64,000 nucleotides of DNA from an uncultured Alphaproteobacteria bacterium (GTDB lineage Bacteria > Pseudomonadota > Alphaproteobacteria > Rhizobiales > Xanthobacteraceae): the NCBI GenBank assembly GCA_963761245.1, contig CAVXGN010000043.1:76926-140925 (forward strand). Direction: 5' to 3'. Positions 1-11,179 of the stretch are shown in pieces. The first letter of the stretch is position 1. Each line of letters begins with the position of its first letter. The translations under genes were made by a program, and so were the position numbers. The notes under the pieces were generated by a model that worked only from the letters and a program-made list of their open reading frames with translations, made no database searches and was not told the DNA's origin.

Positions 1-425
1 TTGGCGACCGCGATGCGGCCATCTCCGGCGAGCTTGACGATATCGAAGCCCTTGCCGATCGCCACATGATCGAGCTTGGAAGCCTTGGGCGCGATCAGCA
101 CGAGCTGGTTGCCGAGCAGGTTGACGCGGGTGTCGGGCGCGATCAGCTTTTTCTGGTCGAGAAAGTCCATCCACTTGATGTTGGCCGAGACATAGACGTC
201 GGCCGGCGCGCCTTGCGCGATCTGCTTGGCGAGCGCCGAGCTTGCGGCATAGCTGGCGGTGACCTTCACGCCGGTCGCCTTGGTGAAGGCGGTATCGACG
301 TCATTGAGCGCATTGCGCATCGAGGCGGCGGCAAAGACGGTGAGCGAATCCTGCGCGGCGGCGGGCTGCGGCGCGCTAGCAAAGACAAGCAACAGGCTGA
401 AAACGGCAATAAGCCTTGCAAACAT
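1..425 (-). CDS. modA: Molybdate ABC transporter periplasmic binding protein (runs off window start)
   Basis: Manual minus-strand translation from ATG at 425: signal peptide, then LTVFAAASMRNAL...SYAASSALAKQIAQGAPADVYVSAN...LLGNQLVLIAP, typical of ModA. Confidence 0.9.
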   Translation of the reverse strand, partial: MFARLIAVFSLLLVFASAPQPAAAQDSLTVFAAASMRNALNDVDTAFTKATGVKVTASYAASSALAKQIAQGAPADVYVSANIKWMDFLDQKKLIAPDTRVNLLGNQLVLIAPKASKLDHVAIGKGFDIVKLAGDGRIAVA

Positions 426-604
426 GGCGGTTCTCCGCGGGCGCCGTAAGGGCGCCGTGCTGGCGTCTCATCGATTTCGGGATCGACCGCGCCGGAACCG
501 CCGTTCCGTCATCGCGGCGCACGCACGGGGCGCCGCGGGTCTTGGATGTATCATCGGCGAAATTATTCGATCTGGCAAGACCGCCGATTAAACGTGACGC
601 ACCT

Positions 605-2267
605 TCAATAGCGCGGGTCGTACACCTGCGATTTGACGTACGCCAGAATGTTCTTCGGCGCTCGCCCGCTCGCCAAGCCGCGTTGATAGGCGACCTTGGC
701 GACCGCCGCTCCGATATGCGCCGATACTTCGCGGATGCGGGGCAGCGCCGGGTAGAGGCTGCCTTGCTTCAGATCGGCGTCGGTTACCAATTTTGCCAGC
801 GTACGCGCCGCCGCCATGAACATTTCGTTGGTGACCAGCCGTGCGCCGCTTGCGATGGCGCCGAGCCCGACGCCGGGGAAAATATAGGAGTTGTTGCCCT
901 GGCGCGGCACGAAGGTCTTGCCGTCGAGCGTCACCGGATCGTAAGGGACTGCCGCAGGCAAACAGCGCGCGGCCGTTGGTGTGGCGATAGGCCTCCTCAG
1001 CCGAGCATTCCGCCTTCGATGTCGGATTGGAGAGCGCGAACACGATCGGCTGTTCGTTGATCTCAGCCATCGTGCGCAGCACGTCCTGCGTAAAGGTGCC
1101 GCCGACCGCGGCGACGCCGATGAGGGCCGTCGGCTTCAACGCTTGGATCGCGCTCAGGAAGTCGCTGATCTGCGCGTGCTCATGCGCATAGGGCAGCTTA
1201 TGTTCGGTCAAGCCTTCGCGACTCTTCACCACCAGGCCGTGGGAATCGACCAGCCAGTTGCGGCGGCGCGCTTCCGCCTCGGTGAGCCCCTCCGCCATCA
1301 TAGCGGAGACCACCAGGTCGGCAATGCCGGTTGCCGCTTCGCCGGCACCGAGGAAGAGGATGGTTTGCTCGGATAGCTTGCCGCCGGTTATGCGCAACGC
1401 CGAGAACAAGCCGGCCAGCGCCACCGCCGCCGTGCCCTGGATGTCGTCGTTGAACACGCAATAGCGGTCGCGATACTTGTGCAGCAGCCGGAACGCCGAG
1501 TGATTGGCGAAATCCTCGAACTGGATCAGCACGCCGGGAAACGCCTTGCGCGCGGCGGTGATGAACTCGTCGACCAGATTGTCGTAGGCGGCGCCGGCCA
1601 AGCGCTTGCGGCGCAGACCGACATAATACGGATCCTTCAGGAGCTCTTCATTGTTGGTGCCGACGTCGAGCATCACCGGCAGGCACAAGTTCGGATGCAC
1701 GCCGGAGCAGGCGGAATAAAGCGACAGCTTGCCGACCGGAATGCCCATGCCGTTGGCGCCGAGATCGCCGAGCCCCAGAATGCGCTCGCCGTCGGTGACG
1801 ACAATCAGCTTGGCTGGGTAGGGCCAATTGGCCAGTATCTCGGGAATACGGCCGCGATCTTTGGCGCTGATGAAGAGCCCGCGCGGCCGCTGGAAAATGT
1901 AGCCGAACCGTTGGCAGGCGAGCCCCACGGTCGGCGTGTAGATCAGCGGCTGAATCTCATCGATATTGTCGACGACAAGCCGGAAAAACAGCGTCTCGTT
2001 GCGGTCGTGCAGCGCGTTGAGCGCCACGTATCTTTCGAGGTCGTTGGGTAGGCGGCGCAGATTGGTCATTACGCGATTCCCTTGCGCCTGGATCGAAAGC
2101 TGGGTCGCGGGCAACAGCCCACGCAAGCCGAGGGCGTCGCGCTCCTTCTCGGTGAAGCCGGTTCCGTGATTGAGCATCGGATCGCGCAGCAATGCGATGC
2201 CACGCGACGGTTTAGCGGCGGTTGAACGGGCAGACGAACGGGCACGCGCCCGGCTACGCTTTTTCAT
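605..2267 (-). CDS. NAD-dependent malic enzyme (MaeA/SfcA-type); one apparent frameshift near 945
   Basis: IYTPTVGLAC, VTDGERILGLGDLG, QFEDF, FNDDIQGT, GAGEAATG and LSNPT motifs; C-terminal QGNNSYIFPG in ORF 605..961. Confidence 0.9.
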
Positions 2268-2450
2268 CAGATGTTCCCCAGCAAAATCGATCAGTGAATT
2301 GCGCGGCACTGTCCACAATTCCGCCCGGCGCGTATTGACTGAGATCAAAGCGACGGGCGCATGTCTGGACTGCGCGAATGTATCATCTTTGCATTGTCCG
2401 CGGGATCGTCCGATTCGCGATTTTTGGCGGCATCAGATATCAAATGATGC

Positions 2451-4081
2451 ATGTCACAGCCAACGCCGATGGAAGGCGAATTCGACTACATCGTGGTGGG
2501 CGCGGGCTCGGCAGGTTGCGTGCTCGCCAACCGGCTGTCGGCCGATGCATCGAAACGCGTGCTGCTGTTGGAAGCCGGCGGCCGCGACAACTGGATCTGG
2601 TTCCACATTCCCGTCGGCTATCTGTTTGCGATCGGCAATCCGCGCGCCGACTGGATGCTGAAGACAGAACCGGAACAGGGCCTCAACGGCCGCAGCCTCA
2701 ATTATCCGCGCGGCAAGGTGATCGGCGGCTCCTCCGCCATCAACGGCATGATCTACATGCGCGGTCAGGCCACCGACTACGACCAATGGCGGCAACTCGG
2801 ATCTGCCCGGCTGGTCGTGGGACGACGTGCGACCCTATTTTCGCAAGCACCTCGATCATTTTCTGCGCAGCGAGGAGCATGGTAGCGGCGGCGAATGGCG
2901 GGTCGAATATCCGCGGCTGTCGTGGGAAATCCTCGACGCCTTCCGCGCGGCGGCGATCCAATACGGCATTCCGGCGGTCAATGATTTCAATACCGGCGAC
3001 AACGAAGGCATCTGCTATTTCCACGTCAATCAGAAGTTTGGGCGGCGCTGGTCGGCGGCGCGCGGTTTTCTCAAGCCGGTCTTGCATCGGCAGAATCTTC
3101 GGCTCGAAACAAACTGCCTGGTCGAGGGCCTCACCTTCGACGGCAAGCGCGCCAGTGGCGTGCGCTGGCGGCAAAACGGCGCATCGCGCAGCGCGCGCTG
3201 CCGCGGCGAAGTGATCCTCGCCGCCGGCTCCATCGGCTCGCCGCATCTGTTGTTGTTGTCGGGCATCGGCCCGGCGGCGCAGCTCTCGCAGTTCGGCATC
3301 CCGGTGCTGCTCGACAAGCCCGGCGTCGGCGCCAACCTGCACGACCATCTGCAACTGCGCATGATCTACAAAGTGTCCGGCGTGAAGACGTTGAACATGC
3401 AATATGCGTCGATGATCGGCCGCCTCGGCATGGGGCTCGACTATGTTTTCCGCCGGCGCGGGCCGATGACCATGGCGCCCTCGCAGCTCGGCGCCTTCAC
3501 GCGCTCCGACCCGACGATGGACCGCGCCAATATCCAGTATCACGTGCAGCCGCTTTCGCTCGACAAGTTCGGCGAGCCGTTGCACCCGTTCCCGGCGTTT
3601 ACGGCAAGCGTCGCCAATATCCGGCCGACCAGCCGCGGCGCGCTCACCCTCAAATCCGCCGATCCCGCGCAGCCGCCGGCGATTGCGCCGAATTATCTGT
3701 CGACGCCGGAAGACCGCCGCGTCGCCGCCGAACTCGATCCGCGTCACGCGCAGGATCGTGGCGCAGCCGGCGCTGCGGAAATATGCGCCGGTCGAATTCC
3801 TGCCGGGCGCCTCGGCGCGCGACGATGACGAGGCCGCGCTGGAGCAGGCCGCCGGCGATATCGGCACCACGATTTTCCATCCCGTCGGCACCGCCCGCAT
3901 GGGCCGCGACGACGATGCGCGCGCGGTGGTCGATGCGCGTCTGCGCGTGATCGGCATTGAGGCGTTGCGCGTCGTGGACGCCTCCGTGATGCCGTCGATC
4001 ACCTCCGGCAATACCAACTCGCCGACCATGATGATCGCCGAGAAGGGCGCTGCGATGATCCGCGAGGATGGACGACGCTGA
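2451..4081 (+). CDS. GMC-family (choline dehydrogenase-like) oxidoreductase; apparent frameshifts near 2800 and 3730
   Basis: [44 protein letters not shown] and [25 protein letters not shown] across three ORFs. Confidence 0.9.
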
Positions 4082-4109
4082 TCAAACTGGGTCAATCAGG
4101 GGGCATCTC

Positions 4110-4679
4110 ATGAACATCGCAGCGCGGGTCAAAGGCATCCTGCTCGAGCCGAAGAATGAATGGCCGGCCATTGAACGTGAACCGGGCAACATTCGCTACC
4201 TGTTCACCCGCTATGTGGCGATCATGGCCGCGATTGCGCCAGTGTGCTGGTTCATCAGGGTCACGACGATCGGTTATGGGCCGGTCCGGGAAAGCTTCGT
4301 CATCGGGCTGATCAATGCCGTCACCAGCTACGTCCTGGCCCTGATCAGCGTCGTGGTCTTTGCCTATATCATCAATTTTCTGGCGGGGTTCTTCGGCGGC
4401 ACCAAGAGCATCGCAAATGCGATGAAGGTCGCGTCTTATGCGTTGACGGCGATTTGGGTCGCCGGCGTCTTCGGCCTCATTCCCTACTTGTCCTTCCTTG
4501 CGATGCTGGCGGGCTTCTACAGCCTGTATCTGCTGCACACGGGGCTTGCCGCACTGATGAAGCCGACGCCGGAAAGGGCAGTGATCTACACGTTTGTCGT
4601 CGTCGGCTGTGTGATGGCGATCGAGGCGCTCATGTTCGCGCCTGGCTTGCTGTGGCTGTCCGGGACACCGGCGCTGTAA
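4110..4679 (+). CDS. Yip1-domain membrane protein, copy a
   Basis: RVKGILLEPKNEWPAI start, several TM segments, YSLYLLHTGLAALMK; paralog of 4944..5513. Confidence 0.8.
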   Translation: MNIAARVKGILLEPKNEWPAIEREPGNIRYLFTRYVAIMAAIAPVCWFIRVTTIGYGPVRESFVIGLINAVTSYVLALISVVVFAYIINFLAGFFGGTKSIANAMKVASYALTAIWVAGVFGLIPYLSFLAMLAGFYSLYLLHTGLAALMKPTPERAVIYTFVVVGCVMAIEALMFAPGLLWLSGTPAL

Positions 4680-4685
4680 CCGCGG

Positions 4686-4730
4686 CTACGGCAGCGCTTT
4701 CAAATACCGGATCGGCCGGCCGGGTGCGAC
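4686..4730 (-). repeat. Extra copy of the last 15 codons (incl. stop) of the PDH-E1-like gene
   Basis: Translates VAPGRPIRYLKALP* versus IAPGRPIRHLKALP* at 5532-5576. Confidence 0.85.
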
Positions 4731-4735
4731 CATCG

Positions 4736-4813
4736 TCCGGCAACACCAACTCGCCGACCATGATGATCGCCGAGAAGGGCGCTGCGATGATCCGCGAGGA
4801 TCAGGCCCGTTGA
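4736..4813 (+). repeat. Extra copy of the GMC oxidoreductase 3' end
   Basis: [25 protein letters not shown] versus ...REDGRR* at 4004-4081; one silent change, then identical up to the last three codons. Confidence 0.95.
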
Positions 4814-4943
4814 TCCGACTCAGGCAGCGTGAGACATTTCCACGGCAAGGGGAGTTCGTCGTCTGGCCAGCGAGTTGACGGCGTCTCAAGGATTCCAACC
4901 GCGGTAACGGCTCTTTTGAGCGCTTGCCGCGATGGAGGGGAGC

Positions 4944-5513
4944 ATGAACCTCGTCGAGCGCGCCAAGGCGATCATTCTCAGTCCCGGCACCGAATGGCCG
5001 GTTATCGCCAACGAGCCGAACGACGCGCGCGATCTGTTCGTGAACTATGTGGCGATCCTTGCCGCCATCCCGGCGGTTTGCGGTTTTATCGGCACCGCGC
5101 TGGTCGGCATCTCGATGACGGGCGTCGACACTTTCCGGGTCGGCATCGGCGCCGCGCTGGTGTCGGCGATCGTCGGCTACGTCCTGGCCTTTGTCGGCGT
5201 CTTTGTGCTGGCGCTGATCGTCGACGCGCTGGCGCCGAGCTTCGGCGGCAGCAAGGGCATGGACAACGCGCTCAAGCTCGTGGCCTATTCCGCCACGCCG
5301 TCGTGGTTATGCGGCGTTTTCTCGCTGATTCCCGCGCTCGGCTTCCTCGCCATCCTCGGCCTCTATTCGCTCTATCTGTTCTATGTCGGGCTGCCGGTGT
5401 TGATGAAGTCGCCGAAAGAGAAGACGCTGCTCTATGCCGTCGCCGTTTTGGTGGTCGGCATTGTCATCAGCCTGATCATCGGCTTCATCCAGGTAAGCTT
5501 AATCGGGCTTTAG
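4944..5513 (+). CDS. Yip1-domain membrane protein, copy b
   Basis: MNLVERAKAIILSPGTEWPVI...YSLYLFYVGLPVLMKSP; GGAGG RBS upstream. Confidence 0.85.
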   Translation: MNLVERAKAIILSPGTEWPVIANEPNDARDLFVNYVAILAAIPAVCGFIGTALVGISMTGVDTFRVGIGAALVSAIVGYVLAFVGVFVLALIVDALAPSFGGSKGMDNALKLVAYSATPSWLCGVFSLIPALGFLAILGLYSLYLFYVGLPVLMKSPKEKTLLYAVAVLVVGIVISLIIGFIQVSLIGL

Positions 5514-5531
5514 ACACGCGTTGCCGGTTGT

Positions 5532-7983
5532 TTAAGGCAGCGCCTTCAAATGCCGGATCGGCCGGCCGGGCGCGATCGCCTGCGCCGCGGCGACAATGGC
5601 GTTGGCGTCGATGCCGTAGTGCCGATAGAGCTCGGCAAGCGATCCGGTCTGACCGAAATGCTCGACGCCGAGCGGGCGCGTGCGATGGCCGGCGACCGCG
5701 CCGAGCCAGCCCAGCGTCGCCGGATGCCCGTCGAGCACGCTGACGATGCCGCAATGGGCCGGCACGTCGGCAAGCAGCCGCTCGATGTGCGAGCGCGCAT
5801 GCACCAGCCCGCGCTCGCGCGCGCGCTGCGCGGCGGTCCAGCCGGCATTGAGCCGGTCGGCCGACGTGACCGCGAGCAAGCCGACGTCGCGCCGGTCCTC
5901 CGCCATCAGGCCGACGGCTTCGATCGCTTCCGGCGCGATGGCGCCGGTATAGGCCACGACCACTTGCGCGTTCGGCCCCGGCTTGCGCTGCCAATAGGCG
6001 CCGTCAACGATTTGCTGGCGCAGTTCGCCTGTCATCGGGCGCTCGATCTGCTCGATCGGCCGCGTCGATAGCCTGAGATAAACCGAGCCGCCGGTCTCGT
6101 CGCGCAGCCAGGTTCGCTCGGGAGCGCGGTCAGCAAAAGTGGGTACCGGTTTTGCGTCCGACCGCGCGACAAACGAAGAATCTTCCGCCGCGTCGCCATC
6201 CTTTTGGATATAGGCGAAGGCCCAGCCGAGAATGACGGCAAGCTCGTCGACATAGGCCGGCTCGAACGCCGCGAGCCCATCTTGCGCCAGCCCAATCAGC
6301 GGCTCGGCGATCGATTGGTGCGCGCCGCCTTCGCCGGCCAGCGTGATGCCGGACGGCGTCGCCGCCAGGATGAAGCGGGCGTCCTGGTAGCAGGCGTAAT
6401 TGAGCGCATCGAGCCCGCGCGCGATGAAGGGATCGTAGAGCGTTCCGATCGGCAGCAGCCGCTCGCCGTTGATGGTGTGCGAGAGGCCGAGCGCCGACAG
6501 CAGGATGAACAGGTTCATCTCGGCGATGCCGAGCTCGATGTGCTGGCCCTTGGGCGAGAACTCCCAATTGAACGTCGAGGGGATGCGTTCGCTCTTGAAG
6601 GTGTCGGCCATGGCCTCGCGCGCGAACAGCCCGCGCCGGTTGACCCACGGCCCGAGATTGGTGGAGACGGTGACGTCGGGCGACGTCGTGACGATGTGGC
6701 GCGTAAAGTCGTTGTCGGCGCGACCAAGCTCGTTGAGGATGGCGCCGAAGCCGGTCTGCGTCGAGGTCACGGCTTGGAAGCTTGCCGGCAATTCGGCCGG
6801 CACCTCGAGCGCCGGCGCCTTCAGCCGCCGTTCGCCGGCCGCGGCAAACGGCACCTGATCGAGAAACGACCGCAAGCGATCGGCGGGCAGCGTGAGCCCC
6901 TCGAACTTGTCCCATTCATGACCGGGACGCACGCTCATCGCCTGGCGGAAGGTCTCCATCTGTGCCGGCGTCATCAGGCCGGCATGGTTGTCCTTGTGGC
7001 CGGCGAAAGGCAGGCCAAAGCCCTTGACGGTATAGGCGATGAAGCAGGTCGGCTTATCATTGTCGGCGGCATGGAACGCTTCGAGCAGTGACGGCAAATC
7101 GTGCCCGCCGAGATTGTTCATCAAAGCGGCGAGTTCGTCGTCGGAGCGTTTATCAATCAGGCGCGAAACGTCGCCCTGATCGCCGATCTCGTCATTGAGC
7201 CGCTTGCGCCAGGCGGCGCCGCCGGCGAACACCAGCGCCGAATAGAGCTGGTTCGGACAATTGTCGATCCATTGCCGCAGCCTGTCGCCGCCCGGCTCCT
7301 TGAACGCAGCCTGTTGCAGCGAGCCGTATTTCAGGATCACCACGTCCCAGCCGAAATTCCTGAATAGCTGCTCGTAGCGCTGCCACAAGCCCTTCGCGCA
7401 CCACTGCGTCGAGGCTCTGCCGGTTATAGTCGACGATCCACCAGCAATTGCGCAGGCCCTGCTTCCAGCCTTCCAGGATCGCCTCGAAGATATTGCCTTC
7501 GTCGAGCTCGGCGTCGCCGACCAGCGCCACCATGCGGCCCTCAGGCCGCTCAAGCCCCCAGCCGTGAGCGCGCACATAATCTTGCGTCAGCGAGGAGAAC
7601 AAAGTCTGCGCGACGCCCAAGCCGACCGATCCGGTCGAGAAGTCGACGTCGTCTGCATCCTTGGTGCGCGAGGGGTAACTCTGCGCGCCCTTGTAGCCGC
7701 GGAAGGCCTCCATCCGCTCGCGCGTCTGCTTGCCGAGCAGATATTGGATGGCGTGGAAAATCGGCGAGGCATGCGGCTTCACCGCCACGCGATCCTGCGG
7801 CCGCAGCACCGCGAAATAGAGCGCGGTCATGATGGTGGAGAGCGAAGCGCTCGAGGCCTGATGGCCGCCGACCTTCAGCCCGTCATCGTTCTCGCGCAGG
7901 TGGTTGGCGTTGTGGATCATCCAGCTCGCCAGCCAGAGCACCTTCCTTTCCAGCTCGCGCAGGACGGTGATGTCGTCGCTCAT
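5532..7983 (-). CDS. Pyruvate dehydrogenase E1 (AceE-like)/transketolase-family TPP enzyme; apparent frameshift near 7390
   Basis: KVGGHQASSAS, FSTGSVGLG, GDAELDEG, NRQSLD, ELGIAEMN, GEGGAHQS, LGVEHFGQTG. Confidence 0.85.
6124..6180. repeat. RIME-like palindromic element inside the PDH-E1-like CDS, read in frame
   Basis: GCGCGGTC..GCAAAA-GTGGGTACCGG-TTTTGC..GACCGCGC inverted repeat; shares core AAAACCGGTACC..CTTTT with the intergenic element at 26233-26303. Confidence 0.75.
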
Positions 7984-8119
7984 GCAATCATCCTAGCGCG
8001 ATCAAGCGCGCGCCGGAACATCGGCGGCAGGCCTATTGATAGGCTGTTGTCGAGCGAAGCGCCAATTCGCGAAATAGATGCACCGATGACCGGCGTTGAT
8101 CGGAGCGGTGCCGGTTGCG

Positions 8120-9108
8120 CTATTTCGAGCCGGTGACTTCGGCTTGGGATTTGGCCGGCGCTTCAAGAACGGCCTTGCAGGCCTTCGGCAGGTCCTTGAG
8201 CATCACCTGTTTGCCTGGCGGCCCTTTGTGCGGCTCGATCTTCGGATGCAGCACGCGGTCGGAGAACCAAAAGGCGAGTTCCTTGGCGCCGCAGCCGTCG
8301 CCGCTCGGCACCGGATCCTGATGGCGGCATTGCGGCGAACCCGAGGGGCACTTCAGCCGCACATGGATGTGGTCGTCGTGCCCGTACCAGGGCCGCACCT
8401 TCGACATCCAGGCGTAATGATGCTTGCCTTCGAGCGCGGCACAGTTCCTTCTTGATCGCCGCATTGATGAAAATGCGCTCGACCTCGGGCTGCTCGGCCG
8501 CGGTGCGGACGAAAGCGGGATAGGCCGACGTCCAGGTTTTCGGATCGACGTGCTTGCGGTCGGGCGCGACCAGGAAGAGCGGCGGCATGTCGTTGCGCTG
8601 CTGGTCGGTCAATCGGTGATCGGGCATCGGCGTCAGCCAGATGTCGACGTCGAGCCCGACCTGATGGCTGGTATGGCCGTAGGGCAGCGGGCCGCCGCGT
8701 GGTTGCGCCATGTCGCCGACCAGAATGCCGGGCCAGCCGGTTGCCTTGGCGGCAAGCGGCGCGAAACCGCTCGAGGAATTTCACCAGTTCCGGATGGCCC
8801 CAATTGCGGTTGCGCTTGACGCGCATCACCTGCCACGTCGGCCCGTCGACCGGCAGCTCGACGCCGCCGGCGAGACAGCCGCGCGGGTAGTAGCCGATCG
8901 CCTTCGACTTGCCGACGCTCGGCAGCTTCTTTGCCGCGAACAGCTTCTTTGCCGGGTCGGTTTTCTCGTTCAGGACTCGCTTGCCGTCGACGATGACCGG
9001 CCGGCTCTCCGGCAGCGGCACCGAACTGCGCGCGTGGACGCGAGCGGCAAAAGCGCCGGCGACCAGCGACAGTGACAGGGCGGAGACGAGCACGATTCTT
9101 TCGATCAT
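8120..9108 (-). CDS. mepA: Penicillin-insensitive murein endopeptidase; apparent frameshifts near 8765 and 8440
   Basis: IGYYPRGCLAGG, RNRNWGHP, QPRGGP..GHTSHQVGLDVDIW, RPWYGHDDHIHVRLKCP. Confidence 0.85.
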
Positions 9109-9319
9109 GATGATAGTGGTGTAGCGATTCTGGCTCGGCCTGTCAGATCAAAATATCGCCGATGGTTGAAGCCCTGCGGCCCCGAACCAGGCGAGCCGGC
9201 CCTCGAGGACGGCGAAAACCTAAGCTGGACCAAGGACTTTTATGGTTAGCCAAAGCTTTACAACCGGGTCGCCGGCACGCCATGCTCACGTACTGCGTGG
9301 ATTGTGGCGAGTGAGTTCC

Positions 9320-9925
9320 ATGCGTTGGATCGGCGTCGTCGCCCTGGTCGCATTGGTTTGGCTGCCACAGCCGGCGCAGGCGTGGCGCCAGCACGGCCGC
9401 TGGCACCAATGGAGCGACGGCGCGCGCGAACGCTATGTCGCCCCTTACGCGCTGGAGCGCGGGCGCGCCACTTCGGCGGCGCCCGGGCGCGGACTGGTGA
9501 ATACTCTCATCGACGAATCCATGCACGAGCCGGTCCTGCGCTACGCGCCGCCGCCGCAAAGGACCCCGCGCCCGCGCGTCAACAAGCCGCACCGCCATCA
9601 CGACGTTCGCCGGGCAGCGCCAAAACGCCGCAGCACTAAAGGTGAGCATGAGGGCGAGCCGCAACACGAATTCGTTCGCCGTGAGACCGCGCCCCCGCCG
9701 CAAGTGACGGCGCCAAAAACGCCGGAAATCGAAGCGGAAAAACCGAAAACGCAGCAGCAGAGCGAGCCGGCTGCGCCGCCGCGCGAAGCGGCCGCGTCAA
9801 AGCCGCCCGAGACTGAAGCGCAAGAGCCGCCGACGCGATTGCATGGCGAGGCGGCCGAGATGCAGCGACAGCGCGAAGAATGGCTGAACGGCATTACGCA
9901 AGAACACGGATTCGAACGCTGGTAA
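9320..9925 (+). CDS. Hypothetical exported Pro/Glu-rich protein
   Basis: Signal-peptide-like MRWIGVVALVALVWLPQPAQA followed by low-complexity sequence. Confidence 0.55.
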   Translation: MRWIGVVALVALVWLPQPAQAWRQHGRWHQWSDGARERYVAPYALERGRATSAAPGRGLVNTLIDESMHEPVLRYAPPPQRTPRPRVNKPHRHHDVRRAAPKRRSTKGEHEGEPQHEFVRRETAPPPQVTAPKTPEIEAEKPKTQQQSEPAAPPREAAASKPPETEAQEPPTRLHGEAAEMQRQREEWLNGITQEHGFERW

Positions 9926-9999
9926 CCACGCCTTTGCAAATTTATTGTAATGTAATGAAATCGTGCGAGCTTGCCGGCGTGTCGAAAGGGAAATCAGCA

Positions 10000-10632
10000 A
10001 TGCCACGCCTCGTCACCGCTATTGCCGCCATCGCATTCTTGACGTGCGGGCTTGCGCGCGCCGAAGCGTCAATCGTCATCACCGTCGACAAGTCGGCGCA
10101 GCGCCTGTCGGTCATGGTCAACGGCACCGAGCGCTATGAGTGGCCGGTGTCCACCGCGCGGCGCGGTTATCTCACCCCCAACGGCACCTATCGCCCGCAG
10201 CGGCTCGAGCGCAAATGGTTCTCGCGCAAATACGACTGGTCGCCGATGCCCTATTCGATCTTCTTCCACGATGGCTACGCCATCCACGGCTCTTACGAGA
10301 TCTCGCATCTCGGCGCGCCGGCATCGCACGGCTGCATCCGGCTGCACCCCGAGCACGCCGCCATTCTGTTTGCGCTGGTGAAGAAGGACGTGGGCGACAC
10401 GCGCATCGTGGTCACCGGCGAGCGGCCGGCCGGCCGCGTGATCGCCGAGCGCAACGCGCACACGACGGAAGGAAGCGCCCGCGCGCGGCCCGCGCAGCCG
10501 GCCTACCAAAACGGCTTCAACCAGCCACGCGGCTTCTACCCGTCGCCGAGCTATCAACCGAATTATCAAGGGTCGCCGGCCGATGCCGCCGCCAATGATG
10601 CGCTCGCGCGCAAGCATTGGGAAAATCGATAG
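10000..10632 (+). CDS. L,D-transpeptidase (YkuD family)
   Basis: Signal peptide; WPVSTA, PMPYSIFF, AIHGS...ASHGCIRL catalytic motif. Confidence 0.9.
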   Translation: MPRLVTAIAAIAFLTCGLARAEASIVITVDKSAQRLSVMVNGTERYEWPVSTARRGYLTPNGTYRPQRLERKWFSRKYDWSPMPYSIFFHDGYAIHGSYEISHLGAPASHGCIRLHPEHAAILFALVKKDVGDTRIVVTGERPAGRVIAERNAHTTEGSARARPAQPAYQNGFNQPRGFYPSPSYQPNYQGSPADAAANDALARKHWENR

Positions 10633-10644
10633 CGCGTCAGCCTA

Positions 10645-11040
10645 GAGCCCGCGCGCATTTCGGCGTGCGCGCCGGCTGCGCGAAGACAAACACCATCGCC
10701 CCTATTCTTTGCGGCGCGGGGTACGCCGGTGTCCCTTTTTCCGTTTCCCCAAAACGGGGAATGGAGCGCCGGGAGGGCGCCAGGGGCTGGCGAAGCCCCC
10801 TTTGGCGGGTTTGGCGCAACCCGCCGCGCGCCTTGGCGAGGCGCGCGCCCGCTTGGCAAAGCGGGCTGCGCCCCCCTGGCGCTCCATCCGCAATCAAGCT
10901 GGCGCGCGTCTCGCGCAAGCTTGACTGCGCGGTGCGCATTGTCGGCGCACCGCGCCTTGCTCTTCATCGCGCGCCACTCGAGATGACGCGCGAGGCCGAG
11001 CCAGGCGGGATGACTATAAAGGCGGTTTGGCGAGCGGGGA
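10645..11040. other. Long multi-hairpin intergenic element (structured ncRNA or MITE-like repeat)
   Basis: Closing stem 10761-10780/10868-10887 encloses four hairpins with TGGC-containing loops; further hairpins on both sides. Confidence 0.6.
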
Positions 11041-11179
11041 TAAGTTTTTGTTTGAAGGTCTGCCGCCTGTGTCGCGGCGCACACAAGGCGTGAGCGCTTG
11101 CCATCCACTTGTCGAAGGCGGCTTGAGCGTCGATGCTGGTCGGGCAAACGCGTGTCGCGCCGCAGCCCGGGAGCCTCAG

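Noticed and set aside
9143-9235. Possible additional gene-end scar upstream of mepA
   Set aside because: I found no matching parent sequence inside the window, so it cannot be supported.
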